Positions 50,546 through 60,803 are shown, counted from the first letter of the stretch. The stretch: 64,000 nt of DNA from a virus (IMGVR_UViG_3300037963_003785:23554-87553), one strand, 5' to 3'. Notes: generated from the letters alone by a model not told the origin. Program-made: numbers and translations.

Positions 50546-52097
50546 TTTTTCTCTTCTTCCTTATTTTTGCCCTAAGTTCTTCTATGTTTCTTTTCATCTT
50601 TATTCTATCTGGCCCCAAATTAGGATTCAATTCTCTTGGTGGTCTTTTATTTTTTTGTTGTTCTTTATACTCATTTTTACATAGTTCCATAAATTCATGA
50701 TACTCTGGAAATGTAGCATAAAAGTCTTGGTCTCTACGTTTATCATATTGGGTAAAGAAACTATAAAAATCAGCTCTACCTTTTTTGACATATTCTTCAT
50801 CAGGATTTTCTACTTTAGTTCTCATATAATCAACAACCCTTTTGAATTTAGCTATTTCGAGTTGGTCAAAACCATTTCCATAACCACCACCGACTGATTC
50901 ATCGGTTTTGTTCTCTTCCATAAATAGTAGATGACTTTCCATATAGGGTAAAAAATCTGAAGTTAATATGTTCATATCGTAATGTGGTGGTTCTTTTAAA
51001 TACGGCGTATCGAACTGAATCCTCTGTACCATATTACCCTCATACTCCTTTTCAAACAATTCAGGATTATTATATTTTTTTCTCCACTCCAAAATCTTTT
51101 CTAACAAAGACCTAAAATTTACAACACATAAAATATTAAAAGTTATCATCAAAGACATTCTTGAGTTTTCAATACCAGTCAAATATTTATGTAGATTTTT
51201 TTCAAACAATTGTAAATCAAGACCAGTTCTTAAATACTCAGCATCTTCACCCCAAATATCAATAGACGTGAACAACTTAAAATCTTTTACCTTTTCTTTT
51301 TCTATAATAGGTTTTAATTTATTAACAAATCTATCAACGAGATGATGACCGACTCCCAAGTTCGTATTTATATTTAGTTCTAAATGTGGTAATGGTTTTT
51401 CATTTAACAGGTCTAACATCCTGTAAGTAGAACCGTGTATCAAGGGTTCTCCTCCTGTGATACGTAATATATTTAAGGTCTTGGACATAGTCGGCCACCA
51501 ATCAAACCATGCTTTTACATAGGGATTTTGTTCTTCATCTTCTTGTAACTTTTTTACAAACCAATCTATGTCATACTTTCCAGTATTCATATTTTGATAT
51601 TGACCATTCTTTCTTATCTCATCTAAAAACTTAGAACTATATCTTGGATGGCAATATCCACATTTGAAGTTACAAGCGTTTCCAAAAGAAACTTCTATGT
51701 ATTCAGGATTAACATTGTAGTCCCATCTATGTGACTTAATCTCATCAATTCTTTTTGGGTCTGATTGATATATAGAAACAGTTCTTTGTTTCCTATCACT
51801 TATATAATCATCACCTAAAGACTCTACGTTCCAACAATACTGACACCCACTTGGTTTTTCACCATCTAACATTTGTTTTCTTTCTAACTTCTTTTGTTTG
51901 GTGTTGTGTAGTGCTGATGGATTGTCCTTTAATTCATCTAATGGTATTTCATGTGGTGGTGGATGATAACAACTATGAGTTTCACCAAGATGTAAATACA
52001 TCGTCACATGATGCCATTTTGCAAGACAAAAAGTGGGACTTGTCTTTTTTAGTATTTCTGGTAATACTTTATTTATTCTTACTAATTCGTGTTCCAT
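50538..52097 (-). CDS. Radical SAM protein with N-terminal twitch/SPASM-like Cys motif
   Basis: FCLAKW..SCYH..CQYCW, CNFKCGYC, TGGEPL, NTN. Confidence 0.85.
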   Translation of the reverse strand: MEHELVRINKVLPEILKKTSPTFCLAKWHHVTMYLHLGETHSCYHPPPHEIPLDELKDNPSALHNTKQKKLERKQMLDGEKPSGCQYCWNVESLGDDYISDRKQRTVSIYQSDPKRIDEIKSHRWDYNVNPEYIEVSFGNACNFKCGYCHPRYSSKFLDEIRKNGQYQNMNTGKYDIDWFVKKLQEDEEQNPYVKAWFDWWPTMSKTLNILRITGGEPLIHGSTYRMLDLLNEKPLPHLELNINTNLGVGHHLVDRFVNKLKPIIEKEKVKDFKLFTSIDIWGEDAEYLRTGLDLQLFEKNLHKYLTGIENSRMSLMITFNILCVVNFRSLLEKILEWRKKYNNPELFEKEYEGNMVQRIQFDTPYLKEPPHYDMNILTSDFLPYMESHLLFMEENKTDESVGGGYGNGFDQLEIAKFKRVVDYMRTKVENPDEEYVKKGRADFYSFFTQYDKRRDQDFYATFPEYHEFMELCKNEYKEQQKNKRPPRELNPNLGPDRIKMKRNIEELRAKIRKKRKSG

Positions 52098-53548
52098 TAT
52101 AATTCTACATTTATCATAACATGGTCTGTATCATCTATTTTTTCTTTTGACAATAACTTGTATTTTAAATCCGTCAACCCATGTTTTTCAATGTCAATTT
52201 TCCCTTTCTGCATTTCTAATCTATAAATTCTTTCGTTTCTAGCTGTGGTCTCACCCTTTACAAACTTTGTATCAACAATACCCTCATCTGGATGTGGAAG
52301 ACACGTTACCTTTGATGGTCTACGATGAGGTAACCAATTACCATTAAGATTCTCAATATTCATCTTTTCCACTTTTACATTATGTAGTTCACCATGATTA
52401 TCATAACCACTTTGGTCATGTATTATATTGTTCTTAACATCAGAAAAATCATAATGTAAAACAAGTTCATCTCGATGGTCATAAAATTTTATATCAGCCA
52501 TCTTACCTCTAAAAAATAAATCACTACTTGGGTTCCAACCGAAGTAATATGGATTACCACCATATCTTTTTAATCTACCATCATATGGCATTGGTGACAT
52601 CGAACCCTTTCCATGTCTTGAGTTAGACTCCTCATCATTAATAAAAAATCTTATCGTCCGTTCGTTATCATCAACTTGTACTTTTATTTTAGTCCATTCA
52701 TTACTATATCTTTTTATCCAAGAATAGTACAACTCATTTTTAAAATTCCAAATAGTAGAACTATAGGTATGTGAATTATCAAAGGCAACTCTATAATCCC
52801 ATCCTTTTCTAACACAGATTGGGAAATGTTTATACTTACGTTCTTCATCCCCAATAAGATATTGTGGAACATCAGATGGTATAGTACCATAAACTAAAAA
52901 TTCCATAGTAAAACTTCTATTTGTCAAATGTCTTAAAACAGGACTTGGTGCAGTACTAATATAACTTGACTCTCCATCAAACCAGCCACCATCAGTTAAT
53001 CCAGGGCCTTCTAACTTTTCTCTTTTTGCATAATCTTTTAAAACACATCTCCAAAATAAATCGTCATCTTCCATCCCCCAATCCCAATAATCATTGTAGT
53101 AGCCATTTACGTTTTCAAATTGTTCTTTGGTAAACAAAACACATCCACCAAAATATTCAATGTCACGTAATCTGTAATCCCATTGGCTTAAGTTTGTAAA
53201 TATATGTACAGGATGTTCATTTGGATATGAGTAGTCAGCTCCATCTTCAGGTAACATATCGACATCATGAAATGCAAAATAGTCATATCCCTCTTCACGT
53301 GCTACATCAAAGGCTATATTTTTCATAGCCGAACGATTAAATAATTTATCATCACATTGGTGTGCAACAAATATTTTAAAATCAAATCCACGTTCTGATA
53401 AAAATTGGTTCATGTATGGAACAAATTCTGCAAGATGTTTATCCCTAACACCATCACCAGGATCCCGAAATGGTACACAAACAGCTAACTTTTTCTTTTT
53501 CTTTAATTCCATAGACATTCCTTCAATCCAATTACTTGGCTGTTTCAT
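52097..53548 (-). CDS. GT7 galactosyltransferase-like with inserted LamG domain
   Basis: VPFRD, FNR, FHDVDMLP, YFGG, NGY.N.YWDWGMEDDDL; beta-sandwich insert FDG..SY..FRGKMADIKFY. Confidence 0.85.
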   Translation of the reverse strand: MKQPSNWIEGMSMELKKKKKLAVCVPFRDPGDGVRDKHLAEFVPYMNQFLSERGFDFKIFVAHQCDDKLFNRSAMKNIAFDVAREEGYDYFAFHDVDMLPEDGADYSYPNEHPVHIFTNLSQWDYRLRDIEYFGGCVLFTKEQFENVNGYYNDYWDWGMEDDDLFWRCVLKDYAKREKLEGPGLTDGGWFDGESSYISTAPSPVLRHLTNRSFTMEFLVYGTIPSDVPQYLIGDEERKYKHFPICVRKGWDYRVAFDNSHTYSSTIWNFKNELYYSWIKRYSNEWTKIKVQVDDNERTIRFFINDEESNSRHGKGSMSPMPYDGRLKRYGGNPYYFGWNPSSDLFFRGKMADIKFYDHRDELVLHYDFSDVKNNIIHDQSGYDNHGELHNVKVEKMNIENLNGNWLPHRRPSKVTCLPHPDEGIVDTKFVKGETTARNERIYRLEMQKGKIDIEKHGLTDLKYKLLSKEKIDDTDHVMINVEL

Positions 53549-54939
53549 ACAACACCTATAATAGAAACATTTTCAGTTTCTTCTTTTTCTTTTATCTTAT
53601 ATCTCAATGTATTCAATCCATCAATCTTATATCCATCAGAAGATATATCATTTCTAACTTCATTAAAAAACTTTATCTGATTTAGTCGAGTTTCTTTATG
53701 TTTCCAATTTCCATTATCCCAGCCATTTGTATCATGTGATAAACAGATATATTTAGATGATTTTCTTTTCGGTACATCTACTTTAACTTTGTGTTCTTTT
53801 CTCTCATAGTTAGGTGTACATCCAATTACAAGACCATGTCTGTTTCCCATTATATCAACGACCTTTTCATCAACTATGTTTTTAAAATCATAATACGTGG
53901 ATAAATATTTAGAGCTATCATAGTAGTGTGATGTTGGTGGTATGGACAAAGAGTTATTATACAATTTATATATCTCGTCATCATCTAATACATTTTCATA
54001 AAACATAAACTCACATAACTCTCCGTTAAAATAAAATTCATTTCCATCTTCAAGTGGATTACCTGCTCCTAATATTAGAGGAACGTTACCATAATCTTTT
54101 ACATCACCATAAAAATTTACATCATCCTCAAATACTCCGTCCTTAAAAAAAGACATATTATAATTTTCAAGGTCAATCGTCATTACAAGTTGTGTCCACG
54201 ACTCATATAAAATATCAGTTTGTATAGACCTCGAACCCTTTTCCTTATCTTCTAACCATATCTCAGTTTTATATTTATTAAAACTATCAAAAGATATTCC
54301 TGAATGATATCCTGGCCTTGAGACAATAAAACATTCATCATAATTTTTATTTTTATCACTTACTATTTTGTAAGGTAAACATCTAACAACAATTGAAAAA
54401 CTTTTTTTAAAATCAATATTTGGTATTTCAATATGAGAGTTACTAAATACCATAGAATTACTAATCAAACTATCTTGACCAACTTCCATAGTATCAGTAG
54501 GTAAACCAGCATCTAAACATCTCCAAAATAAATCGTCATCCTCAAATCCCCATCCCCAATATTGATTTGAATATCCATTTATTAATTCAAAATCTTCTTT
54601 AGGAAATAAAGTTACCCCACCAAAGTAAGTATCGTATGGGATGTCATAATCACATGAACTTAACTCAGTTGCTAAATGACAAGGATATGGTACAAAACTA
54701 TAATCTGCATCCATTGGTATCATATCAATATCATGAAAGCAAAAATAATCACAATCGTTTTTTAGAAAATCATATCCTATGTTTAGAAGTCTACCTCTAT
54801 TAAAAGGTTTTTTATCACATTGTTCGACAATCACGATTTTGTATTTTAAATTCTTTGACTTAAAATACTTTTCCAATCTTGGTAAACTATATTCAAGATG
54901 TTTTTTTCTGTCACGATAAGGTATGACAACACCAAGCAT
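53545..54939 (-). CDS. GT7 galactosyltransferase-like with inserted LamG domain
   Basis: IPYRDR, FNRGRLLN, FHDIDM, WGWGFEDDDL; insert WTQLVMT..FKDG..FNGELCEFMFY. Confidence 0.85.
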   Translation of the reverse strand: MLGVVIPYRDRKKHLEYSLPRLEKYFKSKNLKYKIVIVEQCDKKPFNRGRLLNIGYDFLKNDCDYFCFHDIDMIPMDADYSFVPYPCHLATELSSCDYDIPYDTYFGGVTLFPKEDFELINGYSNQYWGWGFEDDDLFWRCLDAGLPTDTMEVGQDSLISNSMVFSNSHIEIPNIDFKKSFSIVVRCLPYKIVSDKNKNYDECFIVSRPGYHSGISFDSFNKYKTEIWLEDKEKGSRSIQTDILYESWTQLVMTIDLENYNMSFFKDGVFEDDVNFYGDVKDYGNVPLILGAGNPLEDGNEFYFNGELCEFMFYENVLDDDEIYKLYNNSLSIPPTSHYYDSSKYLSTYYDFKNIVDEKVVDIMGNRHGLVIGCTPNYERKEHKVKVDVPKRKSSKYICLSHDTNGWDNGNWKHKETRLNQIKFFNEVRNDISSDGYKIDGLNTLRYKIKEKEETENVSIIGVV

Positions 54940-55169
54940 TATTTTACTTTTTGTCTCTCTGAATCTCTAGCTGGTCTATCAGGTGAACCTTGTACATTAC
55001 CCTTACTTAATTGTAAGAACTCATGTAAATACCACTCTAATTTACTCGACCATTCAGCATCAATGATGTCAAGAAAAAATGATTCTATACTGACCATAGA
55101 ATTTGATATACTTTCTAAGGCCTCAACTCCTCTTTCATCAAGTGTTTTTGTTGTAGCTTTTTTAGCCAT
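54939..55169 (-). CDS. Small hypothetical protein
   Basis: 76 aa, tightly coupled to neighbours, SD GGAG. Confidence 0.55.
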   Translation of the reverse strand: MAKKATTKTLDERGVEALESISNSMVSIESFFLDIIDAEWSSKLEWYLHEFLQLSKGNVQGSPDRPARDSERQKVK

Positions 55170-55170
55170 T

Positions 55171-56013
55171 TTATTTCTCCAATTCCTTTAATCTTTTTAA
55201 GATGTCCTCTTCGAGAACCCTTTCCATTAAAAACTTTTTATCTTTTGGTGATAAAGTGTCAAGTTGTTTTTTCATACTATTATAATACAACTCGTGTTCT
55301 TTTTTAAGTGCCTCTGATTTCTTTTCTGATTCCCAATATCTTTTTTCATACTCAACTCTTTCTGCATCACAACCATCTCTCTGTTCTTGTTTTGCATACA
55401 TTTCTTTTTCAAAGTTTACTCGTTCTTCGTCTGCTCTATCTTTATCTTTTGTTGCTTGCCAAAACTTTTGTTCGAAGTCAACTGCCATTTCTTTTGCCTG
55501 TTTTATTTCTCTCTCCAAATCCTTTCTCATTTGCCAATATTTTTCTTCTAATTGTTGAGATTTTTCTTGTTCAAGATACATATGTTTTTCAAAATAAACT
55601 TTAGACTCATCATACTCATCAATTCTTTTTACAGCGTCCCAATACTTTGATTCATACCTTGTAGCTTCACCATCAAGTATACCATGATTTTCTTGTGCCT
55701 GATACATTTCATCTTTTAGGCTAACTCTTTCCTTTTCATTTTCATAGTAATGGTCTAATCTTTCCAAAACAGTTTGTTGTTTCTCATCTAATATTTTAGA
55801 AACATTTAAAACTTTTCCAAATCCATGTGTCAATGAATCAGTCAAAAAATTAACTTTATTTTTTTCTAAAAGTTTTGCTAAAAAATTAAGTAAGTAAACA
55901 CTAGCCTTTGATTTGTTTTCAAGTAACGGAACAACATTAAGTAATACACTACTAAGTTCCTCAAGTGCCAGAACTTGTCTCTTAGTAAACTTCATATTAT
56001 AACTCCAATCCAA
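55171..56013 (-). CDS. Coiled-coil repeat protein
   Basis: ~21-aa units alternating (E/H)MY and K(Y/F)W. Confidence 0.6.
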   Translation of the reverse strand: MDWSYNMKFTKRQVLALEELSSVLLNVVPLLENKSKASVYLLNFLAKLLEKNKVNFLTDSLTHGFGKVLNVSKILDEKQQTVLERLDHYYENEKERVSLKDEMYQAQENHGILDGEATRYESKYWDAVKRIDEYDESKVYFEKHMYLEQEKSQQLEEKYWQMRKDLEREIKQAKEMAVDFEQKFWQATKDKDRADEERVNFEKEMYAKQEQRDGCDAERVEYEKRYWESEKKSEALKKEHELYYNSMKKQLDTLSPKDKKFLMERVLEEDILKRLKELEK

Positions 56014-57698
56014 TGATGGTCGTTATCGAAATCATAACTATCCACTAATTTATATTTTACACTATTAAGTCCTATTTGATTTGTTTTAAGTCTACCAGTA
56101 ATGACCTCATCATAAAAAATAGATTTATTTAGTTCTAAATCAGGTTCACTTTTATCACCATACTCACCTTTAAGATACCTTTGAACTATGGTATCATCAC
56201 CCTCATGTACTAAAGATTTATACCTACCACCTTTCTTTTCAACCAAGTCTATAGCAGTAAAGGTATTGATAAAGTCTTTGTTATAATACTGATTTGTCGC
56301 ATACCTACCATGATTATAAAAAGGTAAAACATAATTACGAAATGTTTCTATATCTTCCTTTGTAGTGCTCTTATCAGTAGATTTATATAGTCCCCTTTTT
56401 CTGACTGGTAAATCAGTTTTAGCATCTGGAAAAAGATTTTCTTTTTTTAACTGAGACTCGTCAAAATTAGATACTTGTGCTTTTAATGATTTTTTAGTAT
56501 CATCAAAAATAATATTATGATATCCATTCTTAAATGAAAAATAAGCAACAGGTGGACTAATGGTATTATATGTTTTTTTAGGATTTTTTGATTTGACATT
56601 AGGGTTACTAACACCTCTTTGATAAATCGTACCAATCTCGTTGGGTAAAAGAGGATAATCAAAAATAGAAACAGAAGATATTCTACCATCCATACAATTT
56701 GTTTCACTATCACTCGAACCAATAAAATAGTGTTTACCCCTATAGTCTCTTAATTTGGCTTTACCAAACTCTGACTTACCATCGAAGTCTTTTGCCACAA
56801 TCCCATTGATATATAATTTTATATCACCTATCTTTTTATCAACAACACAACAAACATTATACCATTGAAACGTAACTCTCCTTGACTTTACAAAATAGTA
56901 ATTATCATCCATGTCCCAACAACCAACTCTAAAAGCACCATTACCCTCATCATTCATATATTCTATTCCAGTATGAAAACCTGGTCTCTGTACTATTCCA
57001 TACGAATCTCCGTCTTCAAGTGGTATTGACTTTGGATAAACCCAACAAGAAAAAGTAAAGCTATCACTTGTTATATTATCAATATGAGGATTTGTTGGTA
57101 AAGTAGTATATGTACTTTTACCATCAAAATCTAATGAGTACAATTCTTTTACGTCTGTTGCATTTATGTTAGGTCTAACAATCACATCATCCAATGGATA
57201 TCTTGGTTGTTTAGTAACATTAAATATATCGATATGTGATTCAAGATTTATATCACTTTCTCTGATTCTAAATAACAAATCTAAGTCTTCTACTCCCCAT
57301 CCCCAATATTCATTTGAGTATCCATTAATTTTTTTAAAGTCCTCTCGTGTTATCAAAAACACACCACCGATATATTCTACAAAAGGTAATTGATAGTTAT
57401 GTGCCTCCACCTCACCAGCAATATGCCGAGGTGTATGTGGATATGAATAATCACAATCATCACTCATAGGTAACATATCAACATCATGAAAACAAAAATA
57501 ATCATACTCATCAGGTATTTCTTTACAAGCAACATTTATAAGTTTACCTCTATTGAATGGTCTATCATCCCTTTGTTCAATTACAAATATTTTATAATCA
57601 ATATCTTTATCTTTCATAAACTCATCAAAGTGTGGTATGAATATATCTAATTGTTTCCTTCTATCCCTATAAGGAACTATGACAGCCATCTTACTCAT
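55992..57698 (-). CDS. GT7 galactosyltransferase-like with inserted LamG domain
   Basis: VPYRDR, FNRGKLIN, FHDVDMLP, WGWGVEDLDL; insert FTFSCWV..WYNVCCV..LYING..MDGRISSV. Confidence 0.85.
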   Translation of the reverse strand: MSKMAVIVPYRDRRKQLDIFIPHFDEFMKDKDIDYKIFVIEQRDDRPFNRGKLINVACKEIPDEYDYFCFHDVDMLPMSDDCDYSYPHTPRHIAGEVEAHNYQLPFVEYIGGVFLITREDFKKINGYSNEYWGWGVEDLDLLFRIRESDINLESHIDIFNVTKQPRYPLDDVIVRPNINATDVKELYSLDFDGKSTYTTLPTNPHIDNITSDSFTFSCWVYPKSIPLEDGDSYGIVQRPGFHTGIEYMNDEGNGAFRVGCWDMDDNYYFVKSRRVTFQWYNVCCVVDKKIGDIKLYINGIVAKDFDGKSEFGKAKLRDYRGKHYFIGSSDSETNCMDGRISSVSIFDYPLLPNEIGTIYQRGVSNPNVKSKNPKKTYNTISPPVAYFSFKNGYHNIIFDDTKKSLKAQVSNFDESQLKKENLFPDAKTDLPVRKRGLYKSTDKSTTKEDIETFRNYVLPFYNHGRYATNQYYNKDFINTFTAIDLVEKKGGRYKSLVHEGDDTIVQRYLKGEYGDKSEPDLELNKSIFYDEVITGRLKTNQIGLNSVKYKLVDSYDFDNDHHWIGVII

Positions 57699-58527
57699 TT
57701 ATCAACCACCCCTCATACTTTGAAAGTAAGTGAGACCACTCTTTGTAGTCATCGTAATTATTACTTACTTTCTGTAACATAAATCTTTCATCCTCTGTAT
57801 CTATCTTTCCAAATGTATTCATGTAAATTTCAAGATTATTATATTCTCTTTCAAAGTGTTTCTCAACTACACCATAACCTTTTTTCTGCTTAGTATTATT
57901 TTGTACAACTCTATCTGTCCACCTAAAATGATGGTGTTGCATAATATCACTATAAAAACCATCTTCATGATAAGAGTAATTTGATTTATGATTTCCATGA
58001 CCCACTTGTCCATTTTTCAATAACGATACTTTTGTAGGACAAGCTGGATACCCTCTAAGTTCTATGTTGACATCTCCCGCCAAATTATATTTGTCCCAAA
58101 TATCATCATCCAACTTTAGATTAGTGAAATCACCATTCTTATCGATTCGGTCAATTAACATTCCCATAACACAATTAACATTATACTCCTCACACTCTTC
58201 AATAATGTCTCTTGGGTCTTTACTAAACAAAATCAGTTCATCACAATCTACAGGTATCCACCACTCGTCCTTTTTTAAATTCATTGTTTGATTAAACATA
58301 GACGCCTTAAAACTTTCATTCCAAGAATGATTGTCTCTTTCGTCTCTATGTAATTTTAAATTAAATTTATCTAAAACTTCAAGTATGTAATCTATTTCTA
58401 TTTCTTCACTACTACCCCACAAATTAAAAAATATATCATCAACAAATTCAGAGTAGTGTTTTAAAAAATGATATAGTACTTCAGGATTGATAGTACCAAC
58501 TGTAACTAAATTTATTTTCTTCTTAAT
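57691..58527 (-). CDS. GT-A glycosyltransferase (GT2/GT92-like), probable ATT start
   Basis: WWIPVDCDEL, LIDR, HHFRW; frame is open upstream of 58422 to AGGAG-7nt-ATT, giving (M)KKKINLVTVG..HFLKHY. Confidence 0.65.
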   Translation of the reverse strand: MKKKINLVTVGTINPEVLYHFLKHYSEFVDDIFFNLWGSSEEIEIDYILEVLDKFNLKLHRDERDNHSWNESFKASMFNQTMNLKKDEWWIPVDCDELILFSKDPRDIIEECEEYNVNCVMGMLIDRIDKNGDFTNLKLDDDIWDKYNLAGDVNIELRGYPACPTKVSLLKNGQVGHGNHKSNYSYHEDGFYSDIMQHHHFRWTDRVVQNNTKQKKGYGVVEKHFEREYNNLEIYMNTFGKIDTEDERFMLQKVSNNYDDYKEWSHLLSKYEGWLINE

Positions 58528-59282
58528 AACGTGACTCCTGTTGAACTTGGTTTTTCTCTTATCTGGCCATAATCAAAGAAATTAAACACTTGCCATTCGT
58601 CATCTTGTTCTAATTCTTTTATTAACCTTATAGGGCCACTTACATCATCATATGGTTCTCTCGTTCCATCTTTATGGTCTTGTGGTATTGCATTAGTATC
58701 TACATAATGTGAGTCTGTATCATGTATGGTTATTATACCATGTTCAGATAATAATGTTGAATAATTTTCAAAGTCCCACTTTACTTGTTCGTAACTATGG
58801 TCTGCATCAATATGTAAATAATCTATTTTAAATTCTTGTTTTACAAAGAAATTATAGAATGCATCTTCCGTTGTGGTCTTTAAAAATCTTGGTTGAAATT
58901 GTAATCTAAAAAAAGAATCTTTTTTGTCCCAATCGGTAACTCCATTAACACCATTACATGCATCAACAATAATCGTAGTACCTGTTTCTGCAAACTCATA
59001 TTGTTCTTGACCACCAACTGTTTGGTCTTTCCATAACTCTAATCTAGCCTGTGACATTATACGTGGTACGAATCCACCACCACTACCAAGACAAACACAA
59101 TTTCTTGCCTTCATATAATATACTAAAGAAAAGTACATCATACCAGCACCCATGTGATAGTCTGTTGCACCATGTGACCAACGATATAAAACTGGCTCAT
59201 AAATAGTTTCACCAGTCTTTTCGTCTAGCTTATGATTATTTGTTATATATGATTTAATCCATTCTGTATTTAAAACCGACAT
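58512..59282 (-). CDS. Class I SAM methyltransferase (Methyltransf_24-like)
   Basis: CLGSGGG, LHIDADHSYE, IHDT. Confidence 0.85.
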   Translation of the reverse strand: MSVLNTEWIKSYITNNHKLDEKTGETIYEPVLYRWSHGATDYHMGAGMMYFSLVYYMKARNCVCLGSGGGFVPRIMSQARLELWKDQTVGGQEQYEFAETGTTIIVDACNGVNGVTDWDKKDSFFRLQFQPRFLKTTTEDAFYNFFVKQEFKIDYLHIDADHSYEQVKWDFENYSTLLSEHGIITIHDTDSHYVDTNAIPQDHKDGTREPYDDVSGPIRLIKELEQDDEWQVFNFFDYGQIREKPSSTGVTLLRRK

Positions 59283-59336
59283 TGAAAAACCTTAAGTTAC
59301 CAATAATAAATATAAGGATAGAAGAGAAAAACTTAA

Positions 59337-60803
59337 TTAAATCGAGTTAGTCCCTTTGTTATGAGAAAGAACATCAGCTGCAAAATAAACATCCTCAGTC
59401 TCAACGTTTATGTTTACAACCTCATACTCTCCATACCCATTAAAATCTTTACTTGTAATTTCTTCCACACTCAAATCTCTATTTAACAACGAGTCTCCTA
59501 CTTTTAATTGGTCAGCTATTATCCACTGCCACCAACCATCACGTAAAGTCCACATATAATGTTGACCACTAACTTTAACTCTGTTGTTTATATTCCAATA
59601 ATGTGTAACATAATCATACCAAATGTCTTTTATAGTTACATTTGCAGAACTAAATGAAGTTCCTTCAGCAGAACTATGTTCTTTCCACTCTTCACCTAAA
59701 TCCTCGTCTGGTAAGCCTGGAATAGTTGCACCCAATATTGTATCATTTACATCTAAGTCTTCTATATTAGAAACCGTTCCGTCTGATTTTGATACTTCAG
59801 TTCCAACAAGAAAACATGCTACTGATTGACCACCATATGTATCAAGAACAGTTATGTTCTTAGTTACTGCAGTATTGTATCGAGTAGCATGGTCGTTAAA
59901 TCCATCACTCTGTCCATCTTCTGCAAACTTACCACTTATCTGTACACTCTGATTGTTAAATTGTGGCCCTGCCCATCTTCTAAAAATAAAATGGTCTGCA
60001 AATATATCACCAGAAGCACTTCCTGTTCTTTCTAATTTAACTTGAACAGTTGTACTTCCACTTACGTGAAAATTATCAATAACATATAAAGAACCATCGG
60101 TCTCGTCTTGAGAAGCTGCATCTAATCTAACGAGTTTGTTGGAATCAGAAGCACTGACTACTAAAGTCAAATCGTTTTTAGAAGTATCATTATACGTTCT
60201 AACTTCTACTTTGTATGTAGAATATGCAGTAGTGGTAAAACTCTGAGTTATGAAAGCTCCATTTGCAGTAAACTTAACACACGTTGCAGAACCTGAACCA
60301 GCTAAATCAGTACCAGGATCGCCATCCGAATATGTATGTATTCCTATACCCGATGAAGTAAAGTAACTATCTTCAATACTACCAGTAATAAAATCTTTGT
60401 TAGTTATTAAGTTATCGTCATAGGTAGTTCTTGCATCTTCAATAGCTCCAGCAGTATATGTTGCCTCTTGTGTTGTAGTTCCACCCATATTAAATAATGT
60501 AGAATTATTTGTCGTCCACGTAAAGTTGTCATTAAGACTACCTATCTTGTCTTGAAATCTACTACCAGAATTTGTAAAGGTCATTCCATAAACTTCAGAA
60601 GTTTGTTCATCAACAAATTGAAATCCTGATAGAGAGTTATCAACCGTATCTATTGAAAATTCTGACATCTTTACATTAGAACCAGCAGATGATACACCTG
60701 CAGCGTTACTTAGACCAAACTCCGTTGTGTAGTCTGATGCAGAAGAACTGACCGCTCTTCTTAATTTTCCTAATGATAAATTTTGACCTGATGTTGTTGA
60801 CAT
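59337..60803 (-). CDS. Virion protein with C-terminal Hint domain (59358-59816)
   Basis: S/T/G-rich beta N-part, then CFLVGTEV..IEDL.V.D..SGQH..LKVGD..VNINVE..YFA..LSHN-KGTNSI. Confidence 0.8.
   Translation of the reverse strand: MSTTSGQNLSLGKLRRAVSSSASDYTTEFGLSNAAGVSSAGSNVKMSEFSIDTVDNSLSGFQFVDEQTSEVYGMTFTNSGSRFQDKIGSLNDNFTWTTNNSTLFNMGGTTTQEATYTAGAIEDARTTYDDNLITNKDFITGSIEDSYFTSSGIGIHTYSDGDPGTDLAGSGSATCVKFTANGAFITQSFTTTAYSTYKVEVRTYNDTSKNDLTLVVSASDSNKLVRLDAASQDETDGSLYVIDNFHVSGSTTVQVKLERTGSASGDIFADHFIFRRWAGPQFNNQSVQISGKFAEDGQSDGFNDHATRYNTAVTKNITVLDTYGGQSVACFLVGTEVSKSDGTVSNIEDLDVNDTILGATIPGLPDEDLGEEWKEHSSAEGTSFSSANVTIKDIWYDYVTHYWNINNRVKVSGQHYMWTLRDGWWQWIIADQLKVGDSLLNRDLSVEEITSKDFNGYGEYEVVNINVETEDVYFAADVLSHNKGTNSI

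Noticed and set aside
22638-59282. Host chromosomal LPS/capsule locus mis-assembled with a phage
   Set aside because: Same strand, tight gene overlaps, shared intergenic motif, phage genes on both flanks, and no transport or polymerase genes.
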